Shown here: piece by piece, positions 51,252 through 62,831 of the stretch
How positions within the stretch are numbered: position 1 is the stretch's first letter
Layout of the letters: each line of letters begins with the position of its first letter
NCBI GenBank assembly: GCA_964276515.1
Contig: OZ193910.1
Span: forward strand, 6,696,001 to 6,760,000
Length of the DNA: 64,000 bases
Reading direction: 5' to 3'
Source: Gordius albopunctatus
Lineage: Eukaryota
Translations under genes and position numbers: made by a program
Notes under the pieces: model-generated
Databases searched by the model: none
What the model was told of the DNA's origin: nothing
The model's input: only the letters and a program-made list of their open reading frames with translations

Positions 51252-51692
51252 CATGGGCGTAGGCAGGGGGGGGGGGCGGCCGCCCCCCCTGAATGAGAAT
51301 TTTTCTATTTTTTAATGTAAATTTATGTAAAAATTTGGTAAAAAATTAGTGTTTCGCCCCCCCCCCCCTGATTGAAATTAAGTTTTATGTTGAAAATTTT
51401 ATTTCACGACCTTTTGACGCAAATTTAAATTATATAAGAATTAAATATTGAGATTAGTAGTTGCGTTTGTGTTAGTTCCTTCATACATCGTTTACATATC
51501 CTCTGTACACTGTACTGTTGATTAATAATGAGTTTTTATGTGGGTTGAGGCCAAAGAATAGCAAAATATTTTAATTACTAACGTTAAATACCAAAAAAGG
51601 TCTTGGCGACCTTTTTTTTTTTGCTCTCCACTTAGTCTCGGGGATTTTTTTTGCTCGCCCCCCCCCTGATCCGAAAGCTGGCTACGCCCATG
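51252..51692. mobile_element. hAT-type MITE, CATGGGCGTAGCC family, ~270 bp upstream of the ARS2 ATG
   Basis: TIRs CATGGGCGTAGG / GCTACGCCCATG and perfect TSD ACTATATA. A partial relative starts at 51939. Confidence 0.88.
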
Positions 51693-52425
51693 ACTATATA
51701 TAATGTTTTTGATCTCAAAGCTATGACCTGCTAACGATATACAATCTGTTGTCTCTGCCAATCAATTAGAAATTTGCTTCTCTGCCAAAACTTTAAATTA
51801 TAAATGTAATTTCTAAGAGTACGCTAAGCCACAAGAGTTTAAGCACTTTATCCTTATGAGCAGCTTGTAAAATTTCATATGAAATATTAAATATAAGGGA
51901 AACGATTCACGAGGTCTCCTCTTCCTTATCGTGCGTTTCATGGGCGTACGCAGGTTTTGAATTAGGGGGGGGGGCAGAATTAAAAATTTTTTTTGATTAA
52001 TCAAAAATTTTCCTGAGAGCAAAAAAAAAGGTCTCGACATCCAAAAATTTTGGGATAGGGAGGGGCAGTGGCTAATTAGGGGGGGGCAGTGACTAATTAG
52101 GGAGGGGCAAAACATAATTTTTTTTAATTTTTAAGGGTTTTTGTATGGATCCAATTAAATCAAACTGACCATTATTTTGAGGTGCATATCGCCTGATCTG
52201 GATTTTCCTAAATGCTCGATTGCCAATTACTCATGAGATACATGCCTTTGCAGATATGGAAATATCTAATAATTTAGGGCTATCTTTCATGCCTACTGAA
52301 TTTCGATGGTTCAAATGAGAAATTATGAAAACAGATAGAAAGAACAGTTGTTTTTATTCTATGAACGTGATTAACGAAGAAAATGTATCTGAGGCTTGGC
52401 GATTTAAAGCTTATGTTGAAACTCT

Positions 52426-53501
52426 CAGAGTTGTTAAGGTGCGCGCACGTCAAGAGCGCACGCACCTGATTAAGTGGGTGCGAGTGCGCAATTACGCTTC
52501 TGTTTTGCGCACATTAAGAGTTTTACCATTTATTAATTTATTCGAAATTGTATTATATCGGATATTTCCCAAATTAAATTTCTACTGATTTACTATATAT
52601 ACATACATCTAAGTTCCTGGTGGAGAAGATAACAAGGCGGGAAATTGGTTACTATCGATAGGCAATAAAAATAATCTAACCGCGATATTTCAAATTATTC
52701 ACGTATTTACTTTATCAATCAACGATTAATCTTTAAACTTTTGAACTCGTCACTTAATAAATAAACTATAGAAAAACACTAAAACGGTTGAAGTTTAATA
52801 AGATTAGAAGATTAAAAACACAGACTGGTAATTATTTGATTAAATAATTACAATAAAATATTTAAATAATGATAATATATTTAATTCATCGTTTTTTGGA
52901 ATATTGTCATCTCCCGTTACTATCTTAATATTTCAAACACTTTTAAACATATCTTTGCTATCGTAAGTTTAGTCACATATAATGATCTAATTACAATTAA
53001 TTTTCATTAAAATATATTAAATTAGTTAATTATTTTTAATTATTAATTTGTTTTATTGTATTGGTTGCTATAGTACTCCTTATCCAATTGTTTCCTCTTT
53101 TCTTTTCTCACTGCTTATATATAACACTTTAATATTATAGTGAGTTATGGAAATAGAAGAATCAAGCATAAATGTAGCAAGCACATCAAGCATGAAAATT
53201 TTTCCATATTCAAAATATGCTAATATGTTTAAACTTAAAGATAATCAGCATAATACACTTAATTTTGAGGCGCAATGTCTTTTATGCAATGCCAAACTCA
53301 AGACTTCTTCTAGATCTTGTTTAATTTTGACTAGGCATCTAAAGGTAATCTTGTTACTTATTTTTATTTAATAATTAAGTAAATAAAAAATTTATAGAGG
53401 TTTTGTTATAGTGCAATCAAATTTTATGTGCGAGTGCGCGCACCTTTGTTAAAACTGGTGCGAGTGCGGCACCGGTTTTTGAAGTGCGTTTAACAACTCT
53501 G
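52426..53501 (+). mobile_element. Internally deleted hAT element retaining a BED zinc-finger exon
   Basis: Perfect TIRs CAGAGTTGTTAA and perfect TSD GAAACTCT. ORF from 53147 (AQCLLCNAKLKTSSRSCLILTRHLK) ends at a GTAATC donor. Confidence 0.9.
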
Positions 53502-53761
53502 GAAACTCTTAATCAATATATAAAGGATATTAAAGGCCTATAAACTCTGTAAATCATATATTTTGTTTAAATTAAACTAACTAAATTTGATATTTATAAT
53601 AGTTATATGAAATGCTGTTACAATTTGTTTTGTATTGATCATAAGTTTATTGTTTCTTTAACTACCTATTTTTCTAAAAGCTTAAGTGAACTTACAATAC
53701 ATAGAATGTCAGACAACATGTGTATTATTTCCCGTCTAGTTCATTTTATCTATATCATATA

Positions 53762-55380
53762 CCACCTTGACCCCAATAACTACAGAGGTATAACACTAAT
53801 TAATGTCACCTCAAAAATTTTGATAAACATACTCTACCACCGAGTTAAATCGCACATGGACAATAAAATAAATCACACACAAGCCGGCTTCAGAAGCTCG
53901 CGCACAACCACCGAACATATATTAACCATCAAAAACTTGATCGACATATCTAATTGCGCAAAAAGCCTCCTGTACATACTATTCCTTGACATCTCCAAAG
54001 CATTTGACTCGATCCAACATTTATATATATGGGAAACCCTTTGTCTACTAGGCCTACCAAAAAAAATCATAAGACTTATTTTCATGCTATATGAAAACCA
54101 AAAACTTTTTGTCAGACATTATCAGCTGCTCTCAAACCCCATCACTCCAAACTCAGGTGTTAGGCAGGGGTGCCCCTTATCCCCTCTGATCTTCATCTCG
54201 GTCTTGAACCTAATACTGAAGAGATCGATATTCCCAAACGATGGCTTGCTGTTGAGTAACAACACGAGGATCTCGTCTCTTTTGTTTGCCGATGATATCT
54301 GCTTAATCTCCGACTCATTGTCCAACCTACAAAACATGCATGATAGATATGCTCAAGAAGCAGCCCGAGGAGGCCTGATCATCAATGCAGGAAAATCCAC
54401 ACTACTTGCCCTTAACCCGCAACCCAATGCGAGTATCATGAGCCATAATTCTATTATCAAACCCTCGGACCAAGTTAAATACCTTGGTGTGTCTCTGTGC
54501 GCGGACAAGTATACCACGCTAGATGTCTCAGAAAAAATAAAACAATGCAACAGAATTTGGAATTGCAAAATGCTCTCAAGAAACACCAAACTTCGCCTAT
54601 ACAAAACCTTAATTCTCCCAGTACTCTTTTACGGTTGCGAAACTTGGAACGTCAGGACAAGCTCAATCAAAAACATACAAACAAAGGTGAACAAAATGTT
54701 GAGAATTGTCTGTCAAATATTCTACCCAAAAATAATTAAGAATGAGAATTTATGGTTTCTATGCAAACTTCCCCCGGTAAAATACGTGATTTTGGTTAAA
54801 AAGTGGAACTTCTTAGCACACCAGTTTCGGAGAGGCTCCCCCAACCTCTGCATGTCCACTTTACTATGGAGACCCCCACAATTAGGATACCGGAAATGCC
54901 GTGGTACGTGGACCTACAACACGTCGAGAGAATTAAACGGCATAGTATTTCAACTCGGCCAACTAGACACGATCCTCTTAGACAGGAACGCTTGGAAAAA
55001 GTTTGTCAACAATCACCTAACCTACAAATTTCCTACCAACACCCCAAAAAAATTGATTACCATCCATAAACCACCAAGCCCTCTTCCCACAGTCTGACAA
55101 TATTCAAGCAGGTACCAGTGTGCAACCGAACGAGCTAAACTATCCCTTATCTCCAGTAATTGTCGTAGATGGTATGTAAAATTTTTTTTTTTGTTTTGTT
55201 CTTTTTGATTTATATAAACCGAGTGTGCTGCCTACTGACTTGCGGCACCTCACCTGTACTATTGTGACATCTAGTCCAATAGGCCCTCATACACATCTCT
55301 AAAGATGTAGACTTTCACTCGTCTTAACCCGAGTAAACGTTAAGAAAAAACGACTGTTAGTCGGGGCGGACCTATGTATG
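53762..55380 (+). mobile_element. 5'-truncated non-LTR retrotransposon with open RT frame and structured 3' UTR
   Basis: RT motifs NYRGITL, QAGFR, FLDISKAFDSI, GVRQGCPLSP, LFADD, KYLG. Stop at 55097, (TATG)n tail, 11-bp TSD TATATCATATA (53751-53761 and 55381-55391). Confidence 0.93.
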
Positions 55381-56211
55381 TATATCATATATTGCATTTT
55401 TAAAATATTATTTTACTAAACTAGAGGCTATATAATCAAGAATGTCTCTTAACTAGTTCCTATTTGATTTAATTTATCACTTGACATCATCATCCCTAAT
55501 GTTTTTTGATTTATTTAAGAAAAACTTTATAGGATAATTAATTGTTATTAAAATAGCCCCATATTTTTTTAGGATTTTTGAAAACAGGTTGAATCATGTT
55601 AGAAACAAACAAAAATTATTAAAAAATGGCAGAGAAATTACATGATGTTACCACTTTGAGGTTTAAAATTTTTATTTTAGCTATTCAATTTCATCCTATA
55701 GAGCGTCAAAAACGGTCATTTTTGCAACTTTGAATAGAAATATTTCAAAAACTTGACGCATAGGAAAAAAGCGAAAAAAAATATTTGTGTTCACCTCAAA
55801 TAACTCAATCAGAATATGTTGACCTGTTATACAACACCATTATTTGTCGACTAGTGTATTAAACAAATGTATTTCCAGCTTATTTTTTATGTCTAAAACG
55901 TTCTTATAATCTGCAAATACTAAATTTCATCTATACCACATATGTGTGTGCTTTCCCATAACAAATAGATGTGCATGAGATAGAGAGATAGTAAGACTTG
56001 TTAAACAATAAATAACATATTTCCAATTACATAGCAGGAATTTTTTGTTATGTGTCATATGAAGTAGCTAACTAACTTAAACTGCTAATAGGACACGCTG
56101 CTTTGCTTGAGTTTGTTTATTATGTTTCGAATTAGTCCTTACGAAAGGCATGTGTTCAAGCATTAAGAGTAGTAAAGAAATAACTTTAGATAATTCATAT
56201 TTAAAAAGGAT

Positions 56212-56430
56212 ATCCATACATACATTTATAGAATAATGCTAAACATACTGTATATAACTTATTGACTAATGTATTTAGTAATATAAAGATATAAATTAAA
56301 GTATTTTATACTATCTTATACATCTATTGCTAATCCATACATATATCTATAGAATAATGCTAAACATACTATATATAACTTATTGACTAAAGTATTTAAT
56401 AATATAAAGATATAAATTAAACTATTTTAT
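56212..56430. repeat. Tandem duplication, ~121-bp period
   Basis: ATCCATACATA...TAGAATAATGCTAAACATACT...TATTTTAT occurs twice. Confidence 0.8.
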
Positions 56431-56849
56431 TGTTATATTTATAAGTTTATAATTATTTACTTTATAAAGGTTTTAATATGGTTGCAAATAATGTTCATTA
56501 AATCATGCAGGGGCGTAGCCAGGATTTTCTCAAGGAGGTATAAAATTTCCAATTTTTTTAAAACATTTTTATTTCAATAATATAAATACAAAAGCGGTGT
56601 ATGAAAATAGTCGCTATAAAACAATTTTTAATTTTCTTTTGCGAAAAGATAAGACATCAAGATGATAAGTGTTTATTATGCAAAATTTTTTAAACAAATA
56701 GTTAAAGAGGGTCCAAGGCCCAGGGCCACCCAAGAGAGAAAACCTGGCCCCATGCCCCCCCCCCAAAGGGGAAAATCTTTATCCCCCTGGCCCTTCAAGC
56801 AATTTTTTTTTAATTTTTTGTAATTAAGAAACAATATCATAATTATAAT

Positions 56850-57112
56850 TATTTGTTTCTGAATAAAACTTTTCTTTCTGAACTTAATAATTTCCGAAGA
56901 ACTGATATATGTCAACATTTATTGGCACTTTGTTAAAAGTATTTTCATTTTTCTCCTTATTTAACGCGCAAAAAATGACAAAATTTAATTTATTTAGCCA
57001 CGCATGAGGGGACACGACCGTCCTATAATAATAATAATTGACATCAAAAATAAGAAAAAAAATGACTTTGATTTAATGTTTAAAATAGTAAAAAGTTTCC
57101 ATTTTCCGCAGC
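56850..57112 (-). mobile_element. Helitron fragment homologous to ~25555-25825
   Basis: Shares CATTTATTGGCACTTT...GGGGACACGACCGTCCTATA...TTCCGCAGCA. Confidence 0.8.
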
Positions 57113-57137
57113 AAGCTGGATCTTTATTCACATAAAC

Positions 57138-59170
57138 TATTAGGACTGGGGTACAATAATCAAACAGTGATCGACAACGCAACGTGTATATCTAACGCAT
57201 ATATAAGTTACAAACAATTAACGCTAATTTGATCGACAACACGCAGGTAAATAACGTATCCCCGGAGGCACTTCGCACCCCTATTACCTCTCTACAGTTC
57301 CCCCCTTTTCACAGACAAAATCCTTAAGGAATGCTGATGGTTTCCGACTACGCGGTGGGTATCTAGGTTCTTCCCTAGGCGTTCCTGACTGGTTTTGACT
57401 TTGTTCCCTTGGGGCATTTGTTCCCTCTTCTATTTCTGATGCTCTTCTTTGTGGCCACCCGTTCTCTTGTCCCAGAGTGGTCCAATCCAGAATTTTCCGT
57501 TTCCTTAATTGATCCACGTGTTGGTGGTGCTTTCTTCCCTGTGCCCATACATCGTAGGAACGACTACCGTGCTTAGCTTTTATCGTGCCTTCTACCCATT
57601 TGCATGGACTCAAAAACATGCGTACCCAAACCAAGTCTCCTACGCTGAACATTCGCGGGTTCCCGGTCTCTACCCATTGTTGTGGTACGGTTTCCCTCAA
57701 TACCTCCCATTCGGTTCGCATACGCCTTTTTAACATCATCTCTGCTGGGCTTTTATTGGTTGTGGGGTGTTTTGTAGATCTTTAGTTTTCCAAAAACCTA
57801 CTTAGCCATACTTCCGACTCGTTCCTAATGATGGCTTCTTTAATTAATCGTACGTACCTTTCTGCCAAACCGTCCGACGCAGGATGTCACGGAGCTGTCC
57901 ATCGCTGATTAATCCCTCTCCTCTTGCAAAAATTCTGTAATTCATGCCCTTTAAATGCGGACCGTTATCTGATATTAACCATGATGGATTTCCAAGTCTA
58001 ACAAACGTTTCGGCCAGTTTTTTATAATGTTCGTCGATGTGGTGTCTTTTAATTTAAACACCTCTACCCATTTCGAGCTATTGTCTACCATCACCAGGTA
58101 TGACTTATGACTTACTCTTGAGAGGACCCGTGATATCGATATGTACTTGGACCCATGGTTTATGGCTAGTTTAACACTCTATCAACGGTGCGTTCTTCGC
58201 GGCCGCGGCCGTGTAATTGCAATTCCGGCACCCTTTCGCTACGCTCACTAAGTCATCGTCGAGCGCAGTCCACCATATATACTGCCACGCCACTTCTTGC
58301 ATTCGCTTGATCCCCACGTGGCCCTTATGTAGTCTTTGGAGCACAGCTCATCTTAACTTAGCCGGAATTAATATTCGTCGCCCTTTGTAAAATATTATGT
58401 TTTTGGCTTTATGTAACTTTGCCAGGTGTTTTTTGTAGGAGCGTTTTAGACCATACTTGACTATTGTGTTTTGTTTTTTTTAATTGACGTAGCTCCGGAT
58501 CTTCCAAGGTGTGTTGTCTTACTACGTCCAATGATATAAACGGATTCGTCGTGTCTTCTGGGATTTCCTAACTAACCTGATACGCGTTTTCGTTCGGTTT
58601 TCTAGACAAGAAATCTGCCGCGTTTTCGGATCCTTTGTTGTACTCAAACTTGGTCGTTTAGTCTGATACCATGAACGCCCACCTAGTTAGACGTGGTGAC
58701 CATTGTTCCTTGCCCCTTTTGTTGTGATAAAATATATACACTAGTGGTATATGATCCGTCATAATAGTCACGCTTCGTCCTTATATATATTCATTGAACT
58801 TTTTTAGTCCATATACTACCGCAAGAGATCTGTAGTTTTTCAAAAATCTACTTAGCCCTACTTCCGACTCGTTTATAATAATGTCTTCTTTAATTAATCG
58901 AACATACCTTTCTGCCGAGTGGTTAAGGCCTTTGATTCGAAATCAAATGGGATATTCCCGCGTAGGTTCGGATCCTACTCACGACGCCACTGTTAAGTTT
59001 GGGAATCTTATTTAATACAGGTTACGAAGCGGTGCAAAGATAGTAAGTGAGTAAAACATGTATATCAAACTAATATATAAGTTACAAACAATTAACGGTA
59101 ATTAGATTGACAACACATCGGTAAATACCGTATCTCCGGAGGCACTTCGCACTCCAATTACCTCTCTACA
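57138..59170 (-). mobile_element. Chimeric, decayed Gypsy element (5' LTR 58991-59170, 3' LTR ~57138-57296)
   Basis: Both LTRs start TGTAGAGAGG on the minus strand. PPT GAAAAGGGGGGAAC. RNase H (LAVVYGLKKF...TDH), integrase and C-terminal VGDLVWVR remnants. gag and RT are absent and there is no matching TSD. Confidence 0.88.
58914..58989 (+). pseudogene. Reverse-transcribed tRNA-Ser(CGA) copy (position 10 to CCA) occupying the Gypsy PBS
   Basis: D arm GCCGAGTGGTTAAGGC, anticodon arm TTTGA-TTCGAAA-TCAAA, long variable arm GGGA-TAT-TCCC, T arm GTAGG-TTCGGAT-CCTAC, G73 and encoded CCA. The 5' acceptor strand is missing. It lies 1 nt from the LTR end. Confidence 0.93.
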
Positions 59171-59814
59171 CTTATTAAGTCCCCCATAAGTTGACTAACT
59201 ATTTTTGGCCCTAGGAAGTCATTCGTCACATGGTCGAGCTTATTAAAGGCTCCAGTTTATCATTCTCATCTACATTCTAAAAGACGATCTTAAGATGGAT
59301 TTCTAAGCTTTCCTCTAAAATATTGTCATCTTCTTGTCGCAAAATACACCGGATATATTTAGCCGTTCTATCCTTTTTTTTATCCGTGCATTGACTTCTT
59401 TTATGCGATCTTGCTCTTAGTTTAGCATCTAGCCCAGATATGTAAACCTGTCTACTTTTGGTTACTTTAGATGGTAATCTAGCGATGGGGTACCCTAACC
59501 CTTTAAACCATATGCAGGTAAGCGCTTCCTTATCAAAATTAGGTATATGAGCTTGACTCACAACTTAATCAAGCCCAAAAAATATAACTTTATCAAATTT
59601 TATATTTTAAAACATATTGTAAAAAAACATATGTAAAAGCTGTTGTAAGGTTATTTATAATTATTTAGACTATGCTTATAAAATTGTTTTGTAAAAGTGC
59701 AAATAGAAATTACAATTACTAAAACTAATAAAAACAATGATTTTTATAACTAAAGGGTTTTGCATCACTCATCTAGATTATATAGCCAAAGCCTTAATAT
59801 ATCAGCAGTACAAT

Positions 59815-60060
59815 TTTATATATAAAAATGAAACTATGGGTGTATGCCGCCACCTATTTTGGAAAACTACCAGACCGATTTTGCTCAAAATTTCACAGTT
59901 TATTCCTCACACTCCGAGCATGTTTTAAGATTTGTTTGACCCAAATCGGTCCAGTAGTTTTCGAGTTTGTTTTATACGTTTTGACTTTTAATAGAATGTC
60001 AATCAAACGCAACCTCATCGTGTTCTTGGAAAATTGGAATATAGAGTTCTTTAGTAAAAG
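59815..60060 (+). mobile_element. Helitron 5' fragment homologous to ~25895-26345, without the microsatellite expansion
   Basis: TATATATAAAAATGAAACTATGGGTGTATGCCGCCACC...CTCAAAATTTCACAGTTTATTCC. Cut off by a hAT terminus at 60061. Confidence 0.8.
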
Positions 60061-61040
60061 CAGGGGTTTGTCCCGAACACCTGAACCCGAACCGGGTAAA
60101 ACCCGATGTTTTACTGAACCCGAACCCAAACCCGAACCCATTTTTAAAAATACCCTTAAAACCCGAACCCGATGAATACAAAAAAGGGTTCGGGTTCGGG
60201 TTTTTAATTCAAAAATATACTGTGAATTGAATAAATACATTTACTAAAAATTTGGGGAAAGTTGGAGGTATTAAAGAATGGCAATAATTATTCTAGTGAT
60301 AAAATACAATTATCATTGCCCGATAAAACGGATAAGCTTGAGATGCTTTTAAGAATGAAAGAACAAAGTAAAACTATTAATATAGAAAATGTTAAAAGTG
60401 CAGGAAAAAGTATCGGTTCTCTCTTGACATCGTTCTTAGATCAAAATAGAATTGGACGAGATGAGAACGTATTAGAATTTTGGGAGAAAAATAAACATGA
60501 ACATACCAAGATTTATTAACTGTTCCACCTACTCAAGTTAGCGTGGAAAGAGCTTTTTCCTAATTAAAATTTATTCTATCAAATTATCGATCAAAAATGA
60601 CAGATCAAATATTAGAAGATGTTTTAATTGTAAGATTAAATAATATATCAAAATTATATACATAATATATGTGTCAACTGTATTTATATTTCATGATGTG
60701 AAGTATACGTTGAATAAAAATATTTTTGTGTAATTTAGAATATGGTATGGCTTTTATTAATTATATTTTTATTGCTTTTAAATCCAAAAATAAATTAGAA
60801 CATTAAAAATTTAATAAATACATATGCACAATGAGATGAAATAATTGGCACGTGAATTTAATTAGGTGCTATTTAAAAATTAAGTTAACTATTCAATAAT
60901 TTTTTGAAGGTAAAAATGTATTATTAGTATAATAAAATTTTTTGAACCCGAACCTGTACCCGAACCCAATTCTTTAAACCGAACACAAACCCAAACCCGA
61001 ACCCAATTCCTTAAACCGAACCCGAACACGAACCGATTTT
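60061..61040 (+). mobile_element. hAT remnant with dimerisation-domain fragment
   Basis: CAGGGG terminus, AACCCG subterminal arrays, VLEFWEKNK...PTQVSVERAFS...LEDVLIVRLN with stop and frameshift. Confidence 0.8.
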
Positions 61041-61193
61041 ATTTTGTTAATTGCAGCTCAAGATAAAAACCTGAATTTTCTGGTAAGACCTTTAAATATA
61101 TTCAAATGATATGCTTTTAGTGAGTAGCAAAGATTTCATTCAACCGAATCCATCTCAACAAAGAACATAAATATTTATGATACAGGAAATATT

Positions 61194-61496
61194 TTGAAAA
61201 AAAATATAGAAAATATGGAAAGAATTAAAGTTATTAATTTAATTTGGAAGCCAGATTCAGAATATGCCTTTCCTAAGGGTAAACGTAATTTGAAATTCAA
61301 TTATACACGGATGAAACAATATCCATGGTTGGCATATTCTGAGTCTCTTCACGGGGCCTTTTGTAAATTCTGTGTAATTATGGGCAAAAGAACTGGTGGA
61401 TATGGATTTCACCAGGAATTAAAAGCCCTAATTACACGTCCATTCCAAAAATTGAAAAATGCTTTGCAAGTTTTCAAAGCTCATGCTTCTGCTTAG
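61194..61496 (+). mobile_element. TTF-type zinc-finger fragment of a ZMYM1/Zaphod-like hAT transposase
   Basis: YAFP...LKF...YPWLAYSESLHGAFCKFC...PF...F..H pattern. Confidence 0.75.
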
Positions 61497-61582
61497 TATT
61501 TCGATCTTGTCTCGGTCTCGAAAACAAAATCTCGTCTCGGGAGCGATTATGAAAATCTCGTCTCATATCAATCTAAATTTAG

Positions 61583-62831
61583 AACTTAATTGACACATTT
61601 ACATTACCTTACTACTTCGCGACGTTAATTGACCAATCAAGCATACCTAGCGGATTCACCACTAAATGTAATTGATTTATTTATACCTCGCGGAGGCACC
61701 ACTAAACTTAATGGATTTATTCAATTAATTGACGAGTAGATAAAGGAGTTTAAAACATTTTTTACTCACTTACTTTTCTCCCAACGATTTAATTTAATTG
61801 GATATACAATAAAGTAATTATTACTTTATCCTTCTGGTATTTACATCCCGAAAGTGGTGACCCACCCTTGTTATACGTCCCCTTATACCCTAACCGTACC
61901 CAACACTTGTTATACGCAACCTTGTAAATGGATACCAACCAAGTTGATGACGTCCAAATTAAATCGGAAAACGCTATGTTTTTTAAATTGCCCCCTTCAA
62001 TCGTATAAATCCCCGCTTATGGTTTGTCCAGATAGAGGCCCTTTTCACGATTCGACAAATAACATCTGAGTCTAATAAACTTGGATACGTGATTGAATGC
62101 CTCCCACAAGAAGTCACAATAGAGATCCAAGATTACTTGGAAAATCTACCAGGTGAGGTTCCGTACACTACCGTCCGGTCAGCTATCATCGACCGCACAA
62201 CAAAATCGGACTCAGCACGATTCCACGACCTTCTGTCCAACGTGGAATTGGGCGATCGTACACCCTCACAACTCTATAGACACGTGAAAAGCCTCCTGGG
62301 TACCGCCAAAATGGACGACATCATTTTAAAAAACTGTGGTTGGAAAAACTGGACAACAACATGGCCAGAATTTTGGCGATCTGTGCAAGGGACCAGACGT
62401 TATTTAAGCTAGCTGAAACAGCTGATAAAATCGCGGAAACGTACCATACGCCGCAAATATCCAACGTCGCCTCTGCCACACAGAGATCCCGCAACAATAT
62501 TGACACGCTCAGAGACATGGTTAATAGACTTAGCGTGAGCATCGAGACATTACGGCAAGAGGTCAGTCAAAAAAGTCGTTTTCGGTCGAGAAGCAGCAAG
62601 GCGATTTTGATCCCCGTTTCGACCCCACGCAGACGTTCCCCAGGACTGGTGTTGGTATCACCAAAGATATAAGGAAAAGGCCACGAAATGCCGACAACCT
62701 TGCAATTATATCCCGATTTCCTCGTCAAACTCATAGGCCTGCCATAATCCGCGAGACCTGGTTCCGGCCATAACATCAGTCGCTTATTTTTTATTTTCAA
62801 TAAATCAACGAAATTCATTTTTAATAGATAC
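61583..62831 (+). mobile_element. Gypsy 5' portion (partial LTR, PBS, frameshifted gag, start of protease); LTR homologous to the TRIM
   Basis: LTR ends CCCGAAA at 61853, PBS TGGTGACCC. gag motifs PRLWFVQIEALF, LGDRTPSQL and WCWYHQRY...KCRQPC. Protease FLIDT is cut at 62831. Confidence 0.9.

Noticed and set aside
53607..53761. N-terminal ~50 aa of the 496-aa RT ORF
   Set aside because: It lies outside the element (up to and including the left TSD), so it is flanking DNA that happens to be open in frame with the truncated LINE.
58914..58989. Functional tRNA-Ser gene
   Set aside because: It lacks the 5' acceptor strand, has encoded CCA, has no oligo-T terminator and abuts an LTR.
59277..59561. 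94-aa minus-strand ORF
   Set aside because: No recognisable motif, non-ATG start and TE-rich context, so it cannot be supported as a gene.
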